In this document: in pieces, positions 38,877-48,525 of the stretch
Layout of the letters: the number at the start of each line of letters is the position of its first letter
How positions within the stretch are numbered: the stretch's first letter is position 1
Origin: an uncultured Clostridia bacterium
GTDB lineage: Bacteria > Bacillota > Clostridia > Oscillospirales > Acutalibacteraceae
DNA length: 64,000 nucleotides
Reading direction: 5' to 3'
Assembly (NCBI GenBank): GCA_944384985.1
Contig: CALWVM010000010.1
Span: 235-64,234, forward strand
Made by a program: the position numbers and the translations under genes
The notes under the pieces: generated by a model
What the model saw: only the letters and a program-made list of their open reading frames with translations
The model's database searches: none
What the model was told of the DNA's origin: nothing

Positions 38877-39934
38877 ACAAAGCTGACATACGTTCGCTGA
38901 CATTTGAAGAATTACAGGCGCAGGTAGTTGCGCGCGGACTGCCGAAGTTCCGCGCGGCTCAGATTTTTTCCTGGCTGCATGAAAAAGGTGTTCGCTCGTT
39001 TTCGGAAATGCAAAATCTCCCGAAGGCTCTGCGTGAAGCGTTGAATGCGGAATTCGCGCTGTATAACTGTACGATCGACACAAAGCTTTGTTCGCAGCTG
39101 GACGGCACAGTCAAGTACCTCTACGAACTCGAACCGGGCGAATACGCTGAATGTGTCGTCATGCGCTACAAATACGGGCTTTCCATCTGTATTTCCACGC
39201 AGCTCGGCTGTAAAATGGGCTGTTCATTCTGCGCTTCGGCGATCGGTGGGTTCCGCCGCCAGCTTCGTCCGTCGGAAATGCTTTCCGAAATTCTCACTGC
39301 ACAGGCGGACCTTGGCGAGCGCATCTCACACATCGTGCTGATGGGGACGGGTGAGCCGTTGGACAATTATGAGAACGTGCTTCGTTTCCTCCGGCTCGTA
39401 TCCGACGAACGGGGTCTGAACGTCTCCATGCGCCATATCTCGCTTTCTACCTGCGGCATCGTCCCGCGGATTTATGACCTTGCCAAAGAACATCTGGGGT
39501 TGACGCTCTCCGTTTCCCTGCATGCGCCGAATGATGAGATCCGTTCCCGGCTGATGCCTGTGAACCGTACTTGGGGCATTGACGAGCTTTTACGTGCCTG
39601 CCGTTTTTATACAAAAGAAACGTCCAGACGGATTTCGTTCGAATACACCATGATTGACGGTGTGAACGACAGTGATGCGTGCGCCAATGAGCTTGCCGGG
39701 AAACTGCACGGTATGCTTTGCCATGTGAATCTGATTCCCGTGAACAACGTGCGGGAGAAATCGTATAAAAAAAGCCGCGCAGACCGTCTGCGCCGGTTTT
39801 CTGACATCCTCGAGCGGCAAGGGCTTACCGTCACGGTGCGCCGTACGCTCGGTGAGGACATCAACGCTTCCTGCGGGCAGCTGCGGGCGGCAAAAATGCA
39901 AACATCAAGCACAACAAACGCTTTTGACCGATAA
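38873..39934 (+). CDS. rlmN: 23S rRNA/tRNA (adenine-C2)-methyltransferase, radical SAM
   Basis: GCKMGCSFCAS (CxxxCxxC), LSVSLHAPND and GVNDS motifs. Confidence 0.95.
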   Translation: MNKADIRSLTFEELQAQVVARGLPKFRAAQIFSWLHEKGVRSFSEMQNLPKALREALNAEFALYNCTIDTKLCSQLDGTVKYLYELEPGEYAECVVMRYKYGLSICISTQLGCKMGCSFCASAIGGFRRQLRPSEMLSEILTAQADLGERISHIVLMGTGEPLDNYENVLRFLRLVSDERGLNVSMRHISLSTCGIVPRIYDLAKEHLGLTLSVSLHAPNDEIRSRLMPVNRTWGIDELLRACRFYTKETSRRISFEYTMIDGVNDSDACANELAGKLHGMLCHVNLIPVNNVREKSYKKSRADRLRRFSDILERQGLTVTVRRTLGEDINASCGQLRAAKMQTSSTTNAFDR

Positions 39935-39974
39935 AGAATCGCTTGCGGCGTAAAGTCGCAAAGAAGGTGATTGT

Positions 39975-40700
39975 TTGAAAATTGCTGCAAAAACCGATGT
40001 CGGCAAGGTCCGCGAGAGCAATCAGGATGCCTATGCGACCGGAGAATTGCCGGAGGGCGTTGCCTGGGCGGTCGTCTGTGACGGCATGGGCGGTGTGGCA
40101 GGCGGGAATATTGCCGCTACCACAGCAGTCAAAGTGATCTCCGAGCGCATTACGTCGGCGTACCGCACGTCTATGCGTGGCAGATCTATCAAAAACCTGT
40201 TGGTCTCTGCCATCAGCGCCGCGAATATCAGCGTTTATGATATTGCGCAGGCGAATCAGGCTTTTTCCGGAATGGGCACAACGGTGGTCTGTGCGATCGT
40301 AACGGAGCATGTGGCGTACATTGCACATGCGGGCGACAGCCGCGCATACATGTTGTCCGGCGGTGAGCTCATGCAGCTTACGCGCGACCATTCCATGGTG
40401 CAGAACATGGTGGAAACGGGTAAGATCACGCAGTCCGAGGCGAAACGCCATCCCCATAAAAATATCATCACGCGCGCGCTCGGCGTGCACTCGGAAATTC
40501 AGGTGGATTTTTTTGAACAACCCATGCAAGAGGACGATATCCTGCTTTTGTGCACGGATGGGCTGACCAATTTTGTGGAGAGCGAAGAGATCTGCGAACT
40601 CGCAAAAGGCACCTATTATGAATTTGCGGAGCGTCTGGTTTCCAGAGCGCTCGAAAACGGCGGCGGCGACAATGTCACCGCGGTAACGCTGGCATATTAA
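39975..40700 (+). CDS. prpC: PP2C-family Ser/Thr protein phosphatase
   Basis: GKVRESNQDA, VCDGMGG, HAGDSRAY, LLCTDGL and DNVT motifs; TTG start. Confidence 0.92.
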   Translation: MKIAAKTDVGKVRESNQDAYATGELPEGVAWAVVCDGMGGVAGGNIAATTAVKVISERITSAYRTSMRGRSIKNLLVSAISAANISVYDIAQANQAFSGMGTTVVCAIVTEHVAYIAHAGDSRAYMLSGGELMQLTRDHSMVQNMVETGKITQSEAKRHPHKNIITRALGVHSEIQVDFFEQPMQEDDILLLCTDGLTNFVESEEICELAKGTYYEFAERLVSRALENGGGDNVTAVTLAY

Positions 40701-40712
40701 GGAGATGAAGTG

Positions 40713-42860
40713 ATGGAAAACTATTGTGGCAAACGCTTAGACGGCAGATATGAGATCCGCGAGATCATCGGCGTGGGCGGCATGGCGGTGGTCTATAAAG
40801 CTTATGACAATATTGATGACCGCATTGTCGCCATCAAGATCCTTAAGGAAGAATTCCTCGCCAACGAGGAGTTCCGCCGCCGCTTCAAAAACGAAGCGAA
40901 AGCGATTGCAGTGCTGTCGCATCCGAATATCGTGAAGGTGTATGACGTCAGCTTCGGTGACAAACTGCAGTATATCGTCATGGAATACATCGAGGGCATT
41001 ACCCTCAAAGAGTACATTGAGCAGCAAAAGGTTGTCAACTGGAAAGAAGCCGTCCATTTTGTAACCCAGATTTTAAGGGCGCTCCAGCATGCACACGACA
41101 AGGGCATTGTGCACCGCGACATCAAACCGCAGAACATTATGCTTTTGCAGGACGGCACTATTAAGGTCAGTGACTTCGGCATTGCACGTTTCTCACGCGG
41201 GGATACGCGCACCATGACCGAAAGCGCCATCGGCTCCGTGCATTACATCAGCCCCGAGCAGGCGCGCGGGGAGATCACCGACGATAAATCGGATATTTAT
41301 TCTGTCGGTGTTGTGATGTATGAAATGCTGACCGGTCAGCTGCCTTTCCAATCGGACAGCGCCGTTTCCGTTGCCATCATGCAGCTGCAGCAGGAGGCAA
41401 AGCGCCCGCGGGAGATCAATCCCGAGATCCCGCTTGGGCTTGAGCAGATCACCATGCGCGCCATGCAGAAGAATCCGAAAAATCGGTATCAGTCCGCATC
41501 GGAAATGCTGATGGACCTCGACGAATTTCGGAAAAATCCTTCCATTAAATTCGATTATAATTATTTCGTGGACAATGAGCCCACAAAGTTCGTTGGTGGT
41601 AAGGGCGTTCCGGCGCCCGTGAAGAATCCCGCCAAAGCGCAGCTCGCAAAGCCTGCGGAAGACGGCGAAGAAGAGGAAGACAAGAAAAACAACAAAACGC
41701 TGCCGATTCTGTTCGGCGTTTTGGCGGGCGTTGTGGTGCTTGTCGCAATCTTTGTCGGCGTGTATTTCGGCGTGACCGCACGGCGTGTGGAAGTACCGAA
41801 TTTTCTCGGCATGAACTTCAATGACGAGATTGCCAACAACGCCGAATTTACGGACAATTTCACGTTCGAGACTGAGCCCGTATACAGCGCGGATGCAGAA
41901 CCCGGTACAGTGCTTTCACAGGATCCCGAGGCGGAAGAGCGTATCCGCCGCGGTGGCACTATCACGCTGGAGATCGCCTACAACGATGACAGCATTTTGA
42001 TTGACGGTATCATTGGTCTTTCTGCGGATGAAGCTGAAGCGAAGCTGAAAGCCGACGGCTTTGAGGTCAAGGTGATCACCAATTACGACAAAAACGCCAA
42101 AGAGGGGATTGTGTACGATACCTATCCCGTTGAAGGGTCTTACGCCGAACGCGGCGCGCTTGTGACGATTTATGTCGCGACAAATGAGAACCCGGATGCC
42201 ACGACTGTGCCGCAAGTGGTCGGCTACAGCCGCGAGGTTGCCGAGCAGTTGATTACAAGCGCCGGATTTAAGGTTGGCAATGTGACGAAGGAAAACAGCG
42301 ACAAAGCAGCCGGAACCGTTCTTTCTCAGTCGCCGGATGCCGGTGAAACGGCTGACGCCGGTGGTGCGGTTAGCCTTGTCATCAGCAACGGCGTACCGCC
42401 TGCCTCCACGGCGACCATTTCCATTACGCGCCCGAACGCCAATACCAGCGGTTCTTTGAAAGTCTATCTGAATGGCACGCTTTGCGACGGCTATCCGAAA
42501 GAAGTGCGTCTGGATGGCGGCACGATGCAGATAGAATTGAAGGGGTCGGGCAGTGCGGACTCCTATTCGATCGTGATTGATGACACAGAGATTCAAAGCG
42601 GTACGATCAACTTTACGCAGAATCCGCCCGCTGTCTCCAACGTCATTAATAAAGAATTCCCGATTGCCGTGCCGAGTGTTTTGAATCAACAAGCTTCGAA
42701 TGCAGTAGATATATTGGAAAATGCAGGTTTTTCAGCTTCCAATATCAGCATTGAGGATGAAGAGGGGAACAGAGTTTCCTCAGGTACGGTGATTGCGCAG
42801 GATCCCGCAGGGAATACGAAAGTTGTGCCCTCTACAAAAATCACGCTTACAGTACGCTGA
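40713..42860 (+). CDS. prkC: Ser/Thr protein kinase with extracellular PASTA repeats
   Basis: GVGGMAVVYKA...VAIK, HRDIKPQN, DFGIAR and SPEQA motifs, a TM segment, and repeated PASTA-like modules. Confidence 0.93.
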   Translation: MENYCGKRLDGRYEIREIIGVGGMAVVYKAYDNIDDRIVAIKILKEEFLANEEFRRRFKNEAKAIAVLSHPNIVKVYDVSFGDKLQYIVMEYIEGITLKEYIEQQKVVNWKEAVHFVTQILRALQHAHDKGIVHRDIKPQNIMLLQDGTIKVSDFGIARFSRGDTRTMTESAIGSVHYISPEQARGEITDDKSDIYSVGVVMYEMLTGQLPFQSDSAVSVAIMQLQQEAKRPREINPEIPLGLEQITMRAMQKNPKNRYQSASEMLMDLDEFRKNPSIKFDYNYFVDNEPTKFVGGKGVPAPVKNPAKAQLAKPAEDGEEEEDKKNNKTLPILFGVLAGVVVLVAIFVGVYFGVTARRVEVPNFLGMNFNDEIANNAEFTDNFTFETEPVYSADAEPGTVLSQDPEAEERIRRGGTITLEIAYNDDSILIDGIIGLSADEAEAKLKADGFEVKVITNYDKNAKEGIVYDTYPVEGSYAERGALVTIYVATNENPDATTVPQVVGYSREVAEQLITSAGFKVGNVTKENSDKAAGTVLSQSPDAGETADAGGAVSLVISNGVPPASTATISITRPNANTSGSLKVYLNGTLCDGYPKEVRLDGGTMQIELKGSGSADSYSIVIDDTEIQSGTINFTQNPPAVSNVINKEFPIAVPSVLNQQASNAVDILENAGFSASNISIEDEEGNRVSSGTVIAQDPAGNTKVVPSTKITLTVR

Positions 42861-42877
42861 TAACGGCAAACAAAGAT

Positions 42878-43768
42878 ATGAACGATAAGCAACTCAACGG
42901 CATATTATTAAAAGGCGTCGGCGGCTTCTATACGGTGGAAGCCGCCGATGCGGTATATGTGTGCCGCGCCAGAGGGGCGCTGCGCAAAGAAAAGATCACG
43001 CCGCTCGCAGGCGATCATGTGCGCATTACCGTGACGGACGGCAGGTCGGAAAATACAGTGGATGTTGTGGAGCCGCGGAAGAATTTCCTGCTGCGCCCGC
43101 CCGTGTCGAATATTGACAATTTAATTATTGTTGCGGCGACTTCTGTGCCGCGTCCTTCTATGCTGCTGATCGACAAGCTGATTGCGCTTGCGGAATACAA
43201 GACAATGGAACCGATCGTTGTGTTCACCAAAACAGATGTGCAGCCTGCGGACGACCTGGTGGAGATTTACAAAACCGCCGGTATTTGCTGTATGGCGGTT
43301 TCGAATGAAACAGGCGAAGGCGTGGCTGCGGTGCGCGATTTGATGCGAGGGAAGGTAAGCGCTTTCACGGGGAATTCCGGCGTCGGTAAAACCTCTCTGC
43401 TCAACCGGCTGGATCCGTCGCTTTCCCTTGCGACCGGCGCGGTTAGTGAAAAACTCGGCCGCGGCAGGCACACCACAAGGCAGGCGGAGCTTTTCAAGAC
43501 CTGCGGCGGCTATATTGTTGATACGCCGGGGTTTTCCGCACTGGAACCTGAAAAGACCGAGTGGATTCCGAAAGAAGAACTTGCCAACTGTTTTCGGGAG
43601 TTCCGCCCCTACTTAGGGCAGTGCAAATTTACTTCCTGCACACACACCTGTGACAAAGGCTGTAAGATTTTGGAAGCGGTGCAGAACGGGGAGATCAGCC
43701 CCTCGCGCCACCAAAGCTATGTGCAAATGTATAACGCGGTAAAGGATAGAAAAGCATGGGAAACCTGA
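42878..43768 (+). CDS. rsgA: ribosome small-subunit-dependent GTPase A
   Basis: GNSGVGKTSLLN, DTPGF and the zinc knuckle CKFTSCTHTCDKGC. Confidence 0.93.
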   Translation: MNDKQLNGILLKGVGGFYTVEAADAVYVCRARGALRKEKITPLAGDHVRITVTDGRSENTVDVVEPRKNFLLRPPVSNIDNLIIVAATSVPRPSMLLIDKLIALAEYKTMEPIVVFTKTDVQPADDLVEIYKTAGICCMAVSNETGEGVAAVRDLMRGKVSAFTGNSGVGKTSLLNRLDPSLSLATGAVSEKLGRGRHTTRQAELFKTCGGYIVDTPGFSALEPEKTEWIPKEELANCFREFRPYLGQCKFTSCTHTCDKGCKILEAVQNGEISPSRHQSYVQMYNAVKDRKAWET

Positions 43769-44403
43769 AAAAAGCGGATTGTGCGATTTTTGCCGCCGGC
43801 AGTGCCGTGTCCCCGTCGCGTGTGCGGACTTTCTTACGTGCGGACACATTTCTGATTGCGGCGGACGCGGGCTACAAGCTTTGCCGCGCCTGCGGGCTGC
43901 AGCCGGATCTGGTGATCGGTGATTTTGATTCAGGCGAAGCGCTGTCAGCAGACGCGCATATGCAGGTTATCCCGCTAAATCCCATAAAGGATGATACCGA
44001 TACCGCCTGCGCTTATCAGCAGGCAGCCGTTCGCGGGTTTAAAAACATCGTGCTGTTCGGCGGTACGGGCGGCCGGCTGGATCACACGTTTGCCAACTTC
44101 GATCTGTGTGCTTACGCAAAAAAGCAGGGGATTGCCCTTTCGATTGTAGACGATCACCACTTGATTTTTGCGCTGCAAAACGAAACACGCGTTTTAGAGG
44201 GCGATCAAAGTAAATATGTTTCTGTTTTTGCCATCGGCGGCGCATGCACAGTGTCGCTGCGCGGTTTTGCGTATCCATTGACGGATTACATCTTCGAGCC
44301 GTTCTGCGGGCTGGGCGTGAGCAATGAGACTACGGCCTCAAAAGCTGAAATCGAAGTCAAAGCGGGGACGGCGCTTATTTTTGTAACGGATAAAGACCAT
44401 TAA
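43756..44403 (+). CDS. thiN: thiamine diphosphokinase
   Basis: VIGDFDS and GGTGGRLDH motifs; conserved position after rsgA. Confidence 0.88.
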   Translation: MGNLKKADCAIFAAGSAVSPSRVRTFLRADTFLIAADAGYKLCRACGLQPDLVIGDFDSGEALSADAHMQVIPLNPIKDDTDTACAYQQAAVRGFKNIVLFGGTGGRLDHTFANFDLCAYAKKQGIALSIVDDHHLIFALQNETRVLEGDQSKYVSVFAIGGACTVSLRGFAYPLTDYIFEPFCGLGVSNETTASKAEIEVKAGTALIFVTDKDH

Positions 44404-44458
44404 CACATTTTTTGACGCCGCATATAGTGATAGTAGCAACGGTAAAGGCGGTGTCTGC

Positions 44459-44614
44459 ATGAGAAGAAGGTCAAGAGGCGGCAACCTGGGGCTTGTGTTT
44501 GCCATGCTCGGCGCAGGGCTCATCCTCGCGCTGGTGTTTCCATCCGGTTTTCTGGTGGTTGCGCTGTCTGTTGCCCTGATTATCAGCGGCATCCTGCTGT
44601 GCAAAAATTGCTGA
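44459..44614 (+). CDS. hypothetical 51-aa membrane peptide
   Basis: Not in the ORF track (<60 aa). ATG...TGA encodes MRRRSRGGNLGLVFAMLGAGLILALVFPSGFLVVALSVALIISGILLCKNC, with high GC3 like neighbouring genes and two hydrophobic helices. The SD is weak. Confidence 0.45.
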   Translation: MRRRSRGGNLGLVFAMLGAGLILALVFPSGFLVVALSVALIISGILLCKNC

Positions 44615-44625
44615 GGAGGCTTTTT

Positions 44626-44712
44626 ATGAAAGTCGTTGTGGTCAAAAGTCCGAAAGTGTTGGGTGGAATTCTGCGTTGGCTTTTCCGGATCAAAAAAGAA
44701 ACGAACATATGA
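44626..44712 (+). CDS. spoVM: stage V sporulation protein M-like 28-aa peptide
   Basis: Not in the ORF track. GGAGG lies 6 nt upstream. MKVVVVKSPKVLGGILRWLFRIKKETNI matches the K-PK-LGGI-R core of B. subtilis SpoVM (recalled as MKFYTIKLPKFLGGIVRAMLGSFRKD); syntenic position after thiN. Confidence 0.75.
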   Translation: MKVVVVKSPKVLGGILRWLFRIKKETNI

Positions 44713-44720
44713 TATAAAAC

Positions 44721-44751
44721 GATCCCCGTCAGCACATTGCCGGCGGGGATC
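44721..44751. terminator. bidirectional terminator between spoVM and nadE
   Basis: gatccccg / cggggatc stem with T-rich flanks on both strands. Confidence 0.6.
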
Positions 44752-44766
44752 CATTTATATATTTCT

Positions 44767-46695
44767 TTATTTGCCGGCTTCGTCTGCGTCGCGCAGCCAC
44801 TGTGCGCAGTCCGCATCGGAGGGCATGCGCCAGTCCCCGCGTGGGGAAAGACTTACGGACCCGACCTTCGGCCCGTCCGGCAGGCAGGAGCGCTTAAACT
44901 GGTTCGCAAAAAAGCGGCGCAGAAAGAGTTTCAACCAGCGCGTGAGCTGCTCATCCGAATATTCGCCTTCAAACGCACGCGAAGCTAAGAACAACAGCTT
45001 TTGCGGCGTTGTGCCGAAGCGTAGAAAATGGTACAGGTAAAAATCATGGACTTCATAGGGCCCAAGTGTTTCTTCCGTTTTTTGCTGGATGTGACCTTGC
45101 TCGTCCGGCGGCAGAAGCTCGGGGCTTACCGGGGTGTCCAGAATATCACGCAGGATCGTTGCGATCTTTTCCGGCAAGTGCTCCGCTTCGTTTGCCACCA
45201 GATGGCGGACAAGCGTTTTCGGTACGCCGGCGTTGACGCCATACATGCTCATGTGGTCTGCATTATACGTGCACCAGCCAAGCGCCAGCTCGCTTAAGTC
45301 TCCCGTGCCGACCAAAATCCCGCCGTGCTTGTTCGCAAGGTCCATCAAAATCTGCGTGCGCTCGCGTGCCTGCGTGTTTTCATAGGTCACGTCCTGCACG
45401 CTCGGGTCGTGCCCAATGTCGCGCATGTGTCCGAGCGCCGCATCCCGGATCGGGATCTCCATCAGCTTTGCACCAAATGCCTGCACCAGCGCGCAGGCGT
45501 TGTGGTAGGTTCGGTCCGTTGTGCCGAAGCCCGGCATGGTGACGCATAGGATGTTTTCCGCAGGCTGCTTTAAAATCTGCATGGTGCGCACGCAGACAAG
45601 CAGCGCCAGTGTGGAGTCGAGCCCGCCGGAAATGCCGACGACCGCTTTTTGAAGCCTGGTGTGCGCAAGCCGTTTAGCAAGCGCATGGCTTTGAATGGAC
45701 AAGATCTCACGGCAGCGTGCATCCTTTTCCCGCGTATCAGAGGGAACAAAGGGATGTTTGTCAAAGCTGCGGGTCACTTTTTCAAAATCCGTTTCCGGCA
45801 CAGGCACAGAGGCGGAAAAAACGGGGAGCGGGGAAAGGTGCGCGGCATTGTCGGAAAATGAACCGTCCCGCAGCCGTTCGGCGTTTAGCTTGTCCAGATC
45901 AATATCCGCTGCGGCGCGGCTGCCGTCAAAGGCAAAACGTTCGCCCTCCGAGAGGATCGCACCGTTTTCCGCCACAGTGCATGCGCCGGAAAAAACCAGA
46001 TCTGTGGAGGACTCTCCGACACCTGCCGACGCATATACATACGCGCAAAAGCATTTGGCGCTCTGTATTGAAATAATATTGCGGCGGTAATCGTTTTTGG
46101 TGACGGCTTCATTGCTTGCGGAAAGATTGACGATCACGTTTGCCCCGGCAAGGCACAGCGACGTGCTCGGCGGATTCGGCACCCAAAGGTCTTCACAGAT
46201 CTCAACACCGAGTACTGCATTTTTTGAAAGCTGCACAAGCCCCTGGCCGAAAGGAACGGTCTGTGCACCGACATGCAGTGCATCTTGTATGCCGTCTCCG
46301 CTTGCAAACCAGCGTTTTTCATAATATTCGTTGTAATTCGGCAGATAGGTTTTCGGCACGACGGCAAGAATCTGCCCGTTTTGCAGCACCGCCGCACAGT
46401 TATACAGGCGTGTTTTCCAAACCAGCGGAACACCGATGCACACCACGGTATCCGACCCCTTCGTTTCTTCGCAAAGGGAAAGCAGCGCATTTCGACAGGC
46501 ATCCTGCAACGCACGCTGCAGGAACAGATCCCCGCAGGTATAAGCGGAAAGATACAATTCCGGGAACACCAAAAGACCTATGCCCGCACGTTCGGCGGCA
46601 CGCAGTTCCCGTACGGCGTTTTCCAAATTTTTTTCCACAGCGCCCACCGTTACACGCGGCGATACGGCGGCAACCTTTAAAAATCCGCTGTTCAT
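44767..46695 (-). CDS. nadE: glutamine-dependent NAD+ synthetase
   Basis: 642-aa ORF with an N-terminal CN-hydrolase domain and a C-terminal synthetase domain carrying GISGGLDST. Confidence 0.93.
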   Translation of the reverse strand: MNSGFLKVAAVSPRVTVGAVEKNLENAVRELRAAERAGIGLLVFPELYLSAYTCGDLFLQRALQDACRNALLSLCEETKGSDTVVCIGVPLVWKTRLYNCAAVLQNGQILAVVPKTYLPNYNEYYEKRWFASGDGIQDALHVGAQTVPFGQGLVQLSKNAVLGVEICEDLWVPNPPSTSLCLAGANVIVNLSASNEAVTKNDYRRNIISIQSAKCFCAYVYASAGVGESSTDLVFSGACTVAENGAILSEGERFAFDGSRAAADIDLDKLNAERLRDGSFSDNAAHLSPLPVFSASVPVPETDFEKVTRSFDKHPFVPSDTREKDARCREILSIQSHALAKRLAHTRLQKAVVGISGGLDSTLALLVCVRTMQILKQPAENILCVTMPGFGTTDRTYHNACALVQAFGAKLMEIPIRDAALGHMRDIGHDPSVQDVTYENTQARERTQILMDLANKHGGILVGTGDLSELALGWCTYNADHMSMYGVNAGVPKTLVRHLVANEAEHLPEKIATILRDILDTPVSPELLPPDEQGHIQQKTEETLGPYEVHDFYLYHFLRFGTTPQKLLFLASRAFEGEYSDEQLTRWLKLFLRRFFANQFKRSCLPDGPKVGSVSLSPRGDWRMPSDADCAQWLRDADEAGK

Positions 46696-46764
46696 GGCAA
46701 AACCTCACAAATGGAATCTATTAGTATTATACTGGACTTTCCTGCTGTTCGCAAGACAAAAACA

Positions 46765-46792
46765 TTGACAAACCGCGCGAAATGGTTAAAAT
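46765..46792 (+). promoter_or_regulatory. sigma-A-like promoter for alaA
   Basis: TTGACA, 16 nt, TAAAAT. Confidence 0.5.
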
Positions 46793-46819
46793 AGTGGGGA
46801 ACCAAAAGGAGTGAGTGCT

Positions 46820-48037
46820 GTGCGCACATTTGAAAAATCCAAAAAATTAGACCACGTCTGTTACGATATCCGCGGCCCCGTGCTTGACGAAGCCGACCGT
46901 ATGATCGCAAATGGCGTGGATATATTGAAACTAAACATCGGCAACCCTGCGCCGTTCCATTTTACGGCGCCGGACGAGATCATTCGGGATATGATCTATA
47001 CCCTGCGCAGCTCAGAGGGGTATTCGGATTCCAAGGGTATTTTTTCCGCACGCAAGGCAATCATGCAGTATTGTCAAATCAAAGGAATACGCGATGTCGA
47101 TGTAGACGATATTTACACGGGCAACGGTGTCAGTGAGCTGATTACCATGTCCATGCAGGGGCTTCTAGATAACGGCGACGAAATTTTACTTCCCGCTCCC
47201 GATTACCCGCTTTGGACAGCGTCCGTTTCGCTTGCAGGCGGCACGCCCGTGCACTATATGTGCGATGAGCAAAACGAGTGGAACCCCGACATCGCCGATC
47301 TGGAAAGCAAGATCACCGAACACACGAAAGGGATCGTCCTCATCAACCCGAACAATCCGACGGGTGCGCTGTATCCGCGTGAGATTCTGGAGGAGATCGT
47401 CCGGCTTGCGGATAAATATGGTTTGATCTTGTTTTCGGATGAGATCTATGACCGCCTGGTTATGGATGACCTTCAACATATTTCCATTGCATCGCTCGCG
47501 CCGCACGTGCCCTGCGTCACATTCAACGGTCTTTCAAAATCCCACCGCGTGGCGGGCTTCCGCTGCGGCTGGATGGTCGTCAGCGGCGACAAAAAGCGAA
47601 TAAAAGGGTATATTGAGGGCTTGAATCTGCTTTCGTCCATGCGGCTTTGCTCCAACGTCCCCGCGCAGCAAATCATTCAAACGGCTTTGGGCGGCTATCA
47701 AAGCGCGGATGAACTCTTGTGTCCGGGCGGACGCGTATACGAGCAGCGTGAATTTATTTATAACGCGCTCAACTCCATAGACGGGGTGTCTGCGGTCAAG
47801 CCGAAAGCGGCGTTTTACATTTTCCCGCGCTTCGATATGCGCAAGTTCAATCTGAAGGACGACGAACGTTTCGTCTTAGAGTTCCTGCGCAAAAAGAAAA
47901 TTTTGCTTGTGCAGGGGACGGCGTTCAATTATCCGCAGCCCGACCATGTGCGCATCGTGTATCTCCCGACGGTCAAGGAGCTTTCTTACGCGGCGAACGC
48001 TTTGCGAGATTTCCTGAAGGATTATTCACAGGCATAA
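46820..48037 (+). CDS. alaA: alanine/glutamate-pyruvate aminotransferase (class I PLP enzyme)
   Basis: Near-collinear similarity to E. coli AlaA as I recall it (KLDHVCYDIRGPVL, LNIGNPAPF, NGLSKSHRVAGFRCGWMV, LVQGTAFN). GTG at 46820 is 8 nt after GGAG; the ORF-track start at 46811 is too close to the SD. Confidence 0.9.
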   Translation: MRTFEKSKKLDHVCYDIRGPVLDEADRMIANGVDILKLNIGNPAPFHFTAPDEIIRDMIYTLRSSEGYSDSKGIFSARKAIMQYCQIKGIRDVDVDDIYTGNGVSELITMSMQGLLDNGDEILLPAPDYPLWTASVSLAGGTPVHYMCDEQNEWNPDIADLESKITEHTKGIVLINPNNPTGALYPREILEEIVRLADKYGLILFSDEIYDRLVMDDLQHISIASLAPHVPCVTFNGLSKSHRVAGFRCGWMVVSGDKKRIKGYIEGLNLLSSMRLCSNVPAQQIIQTALGGYQSADELLCPGGRVYEQREFIYNALNSIDGVSAVKPKAAFYIFPRFDMRKFNLKDDERFVLEFLRKKKILLVQGTAFNYPQPDHVRIVYLPTVKELSYAANALRDFLKDYSQA

Positions 48038-48056
48038 GGCAACATACTTAAATAAT

Positions 48057-48102
48057 CAAAAAGCGACGGTCTGTCGGGTTACCCCGGCAGACCGCCTTTT
48101 GT
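48057..48102. terminator. bidirectional terminator between alaA and the SASP gene
   Basis: 12-bp stem cggtctgtcggg / cccggcagaccg (one G-U), loop ttac, with an A run before and a T run after. Confidence 0.8.
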
Positions 48103-48129
48103 CCGAAAGAAATAGAACGAACCGTGAAG

Positions 48130-48321
48130 TTATTTCATGCCGTCTTCATAGGCCTTGATCATCTTTTTAACCATCTGGCCGCCGACAGAACCCGCCTGCT
48201 TGGAGGTCAGGTCGCCGTTATAACCCTGCTTGAGGTTCACGCCCACTTCGGAAGCAGCCTCCATCTTGAACTTGTCAAGCGCCGCACGAGCCTCGGGAAC
48301 AACATTCTTCTTGCTTGCCAC
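48130..48321 (-). CDS. alpha/beta-type small acid-soluble spore protein
   Basis: VPEARAALDKFKMEAASEVGV and GDLTSKQAGSVGGQMVKKMI motifs. GTG at 48321 lies 7 nt after AAAGGAG; the ORF-track start at 48375 is an extension. Confidence 0.88.
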   Translation of the reverse strand: MASKKNVVPEARAALDKFKMEAASEVGVNLKQGYNGDLTSKQAGSVGGQMVKKMIKAYEDGMK

Positions 48322-48360
48322 TGTAAACACTCCTTTGCTGTGAATTTGCGTTTGCAGTAC

Positions 48361-48389
48361 TATTCTGCAACGCATAAAACGGAATATCC
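48361..48389 (-). promoter_or_regulatory. candidate sigma-G-type promoter for the SASP gene
   Basis: Minus strand GGATA, 17 nt, CAGAATA, versus the recalled consensus GHATR / CATnHTA; imperfect match. Confidence 0.3.
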
Positions 48390-48451
48390 TTGATAATAAA
48401 TTCTAAAGCTGTCAAAAAAATGCAGACTTTGCGCGCTTCATTTGAATTGAT

Positions 48452-48481
48452 TTGACAATTTTCATCAGAAAACGCTATAAT
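48452..48481 (+). promoter_or_regulatory. sigma-A-like promoter for the tandem membrane-protein genes
   Basis: TTGACA, 18 nt, TATAAT. Confidence 0.5.
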
Positions 48482-48525
48482 GCTTTTGGAGTTGCTTTTT
48501 ACATGGATGTATGCGGGAGGTTGCT

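Noticed and set aside
45009-46724. Multiple 60-200 aa + strand ORFs inside nadE, plus the 134-aa ORF at 44636-45040
   Set aside because: All are antisense to or overlapping nadE or the spoVM micro-ORF and terminator, and none has a convincing start context.
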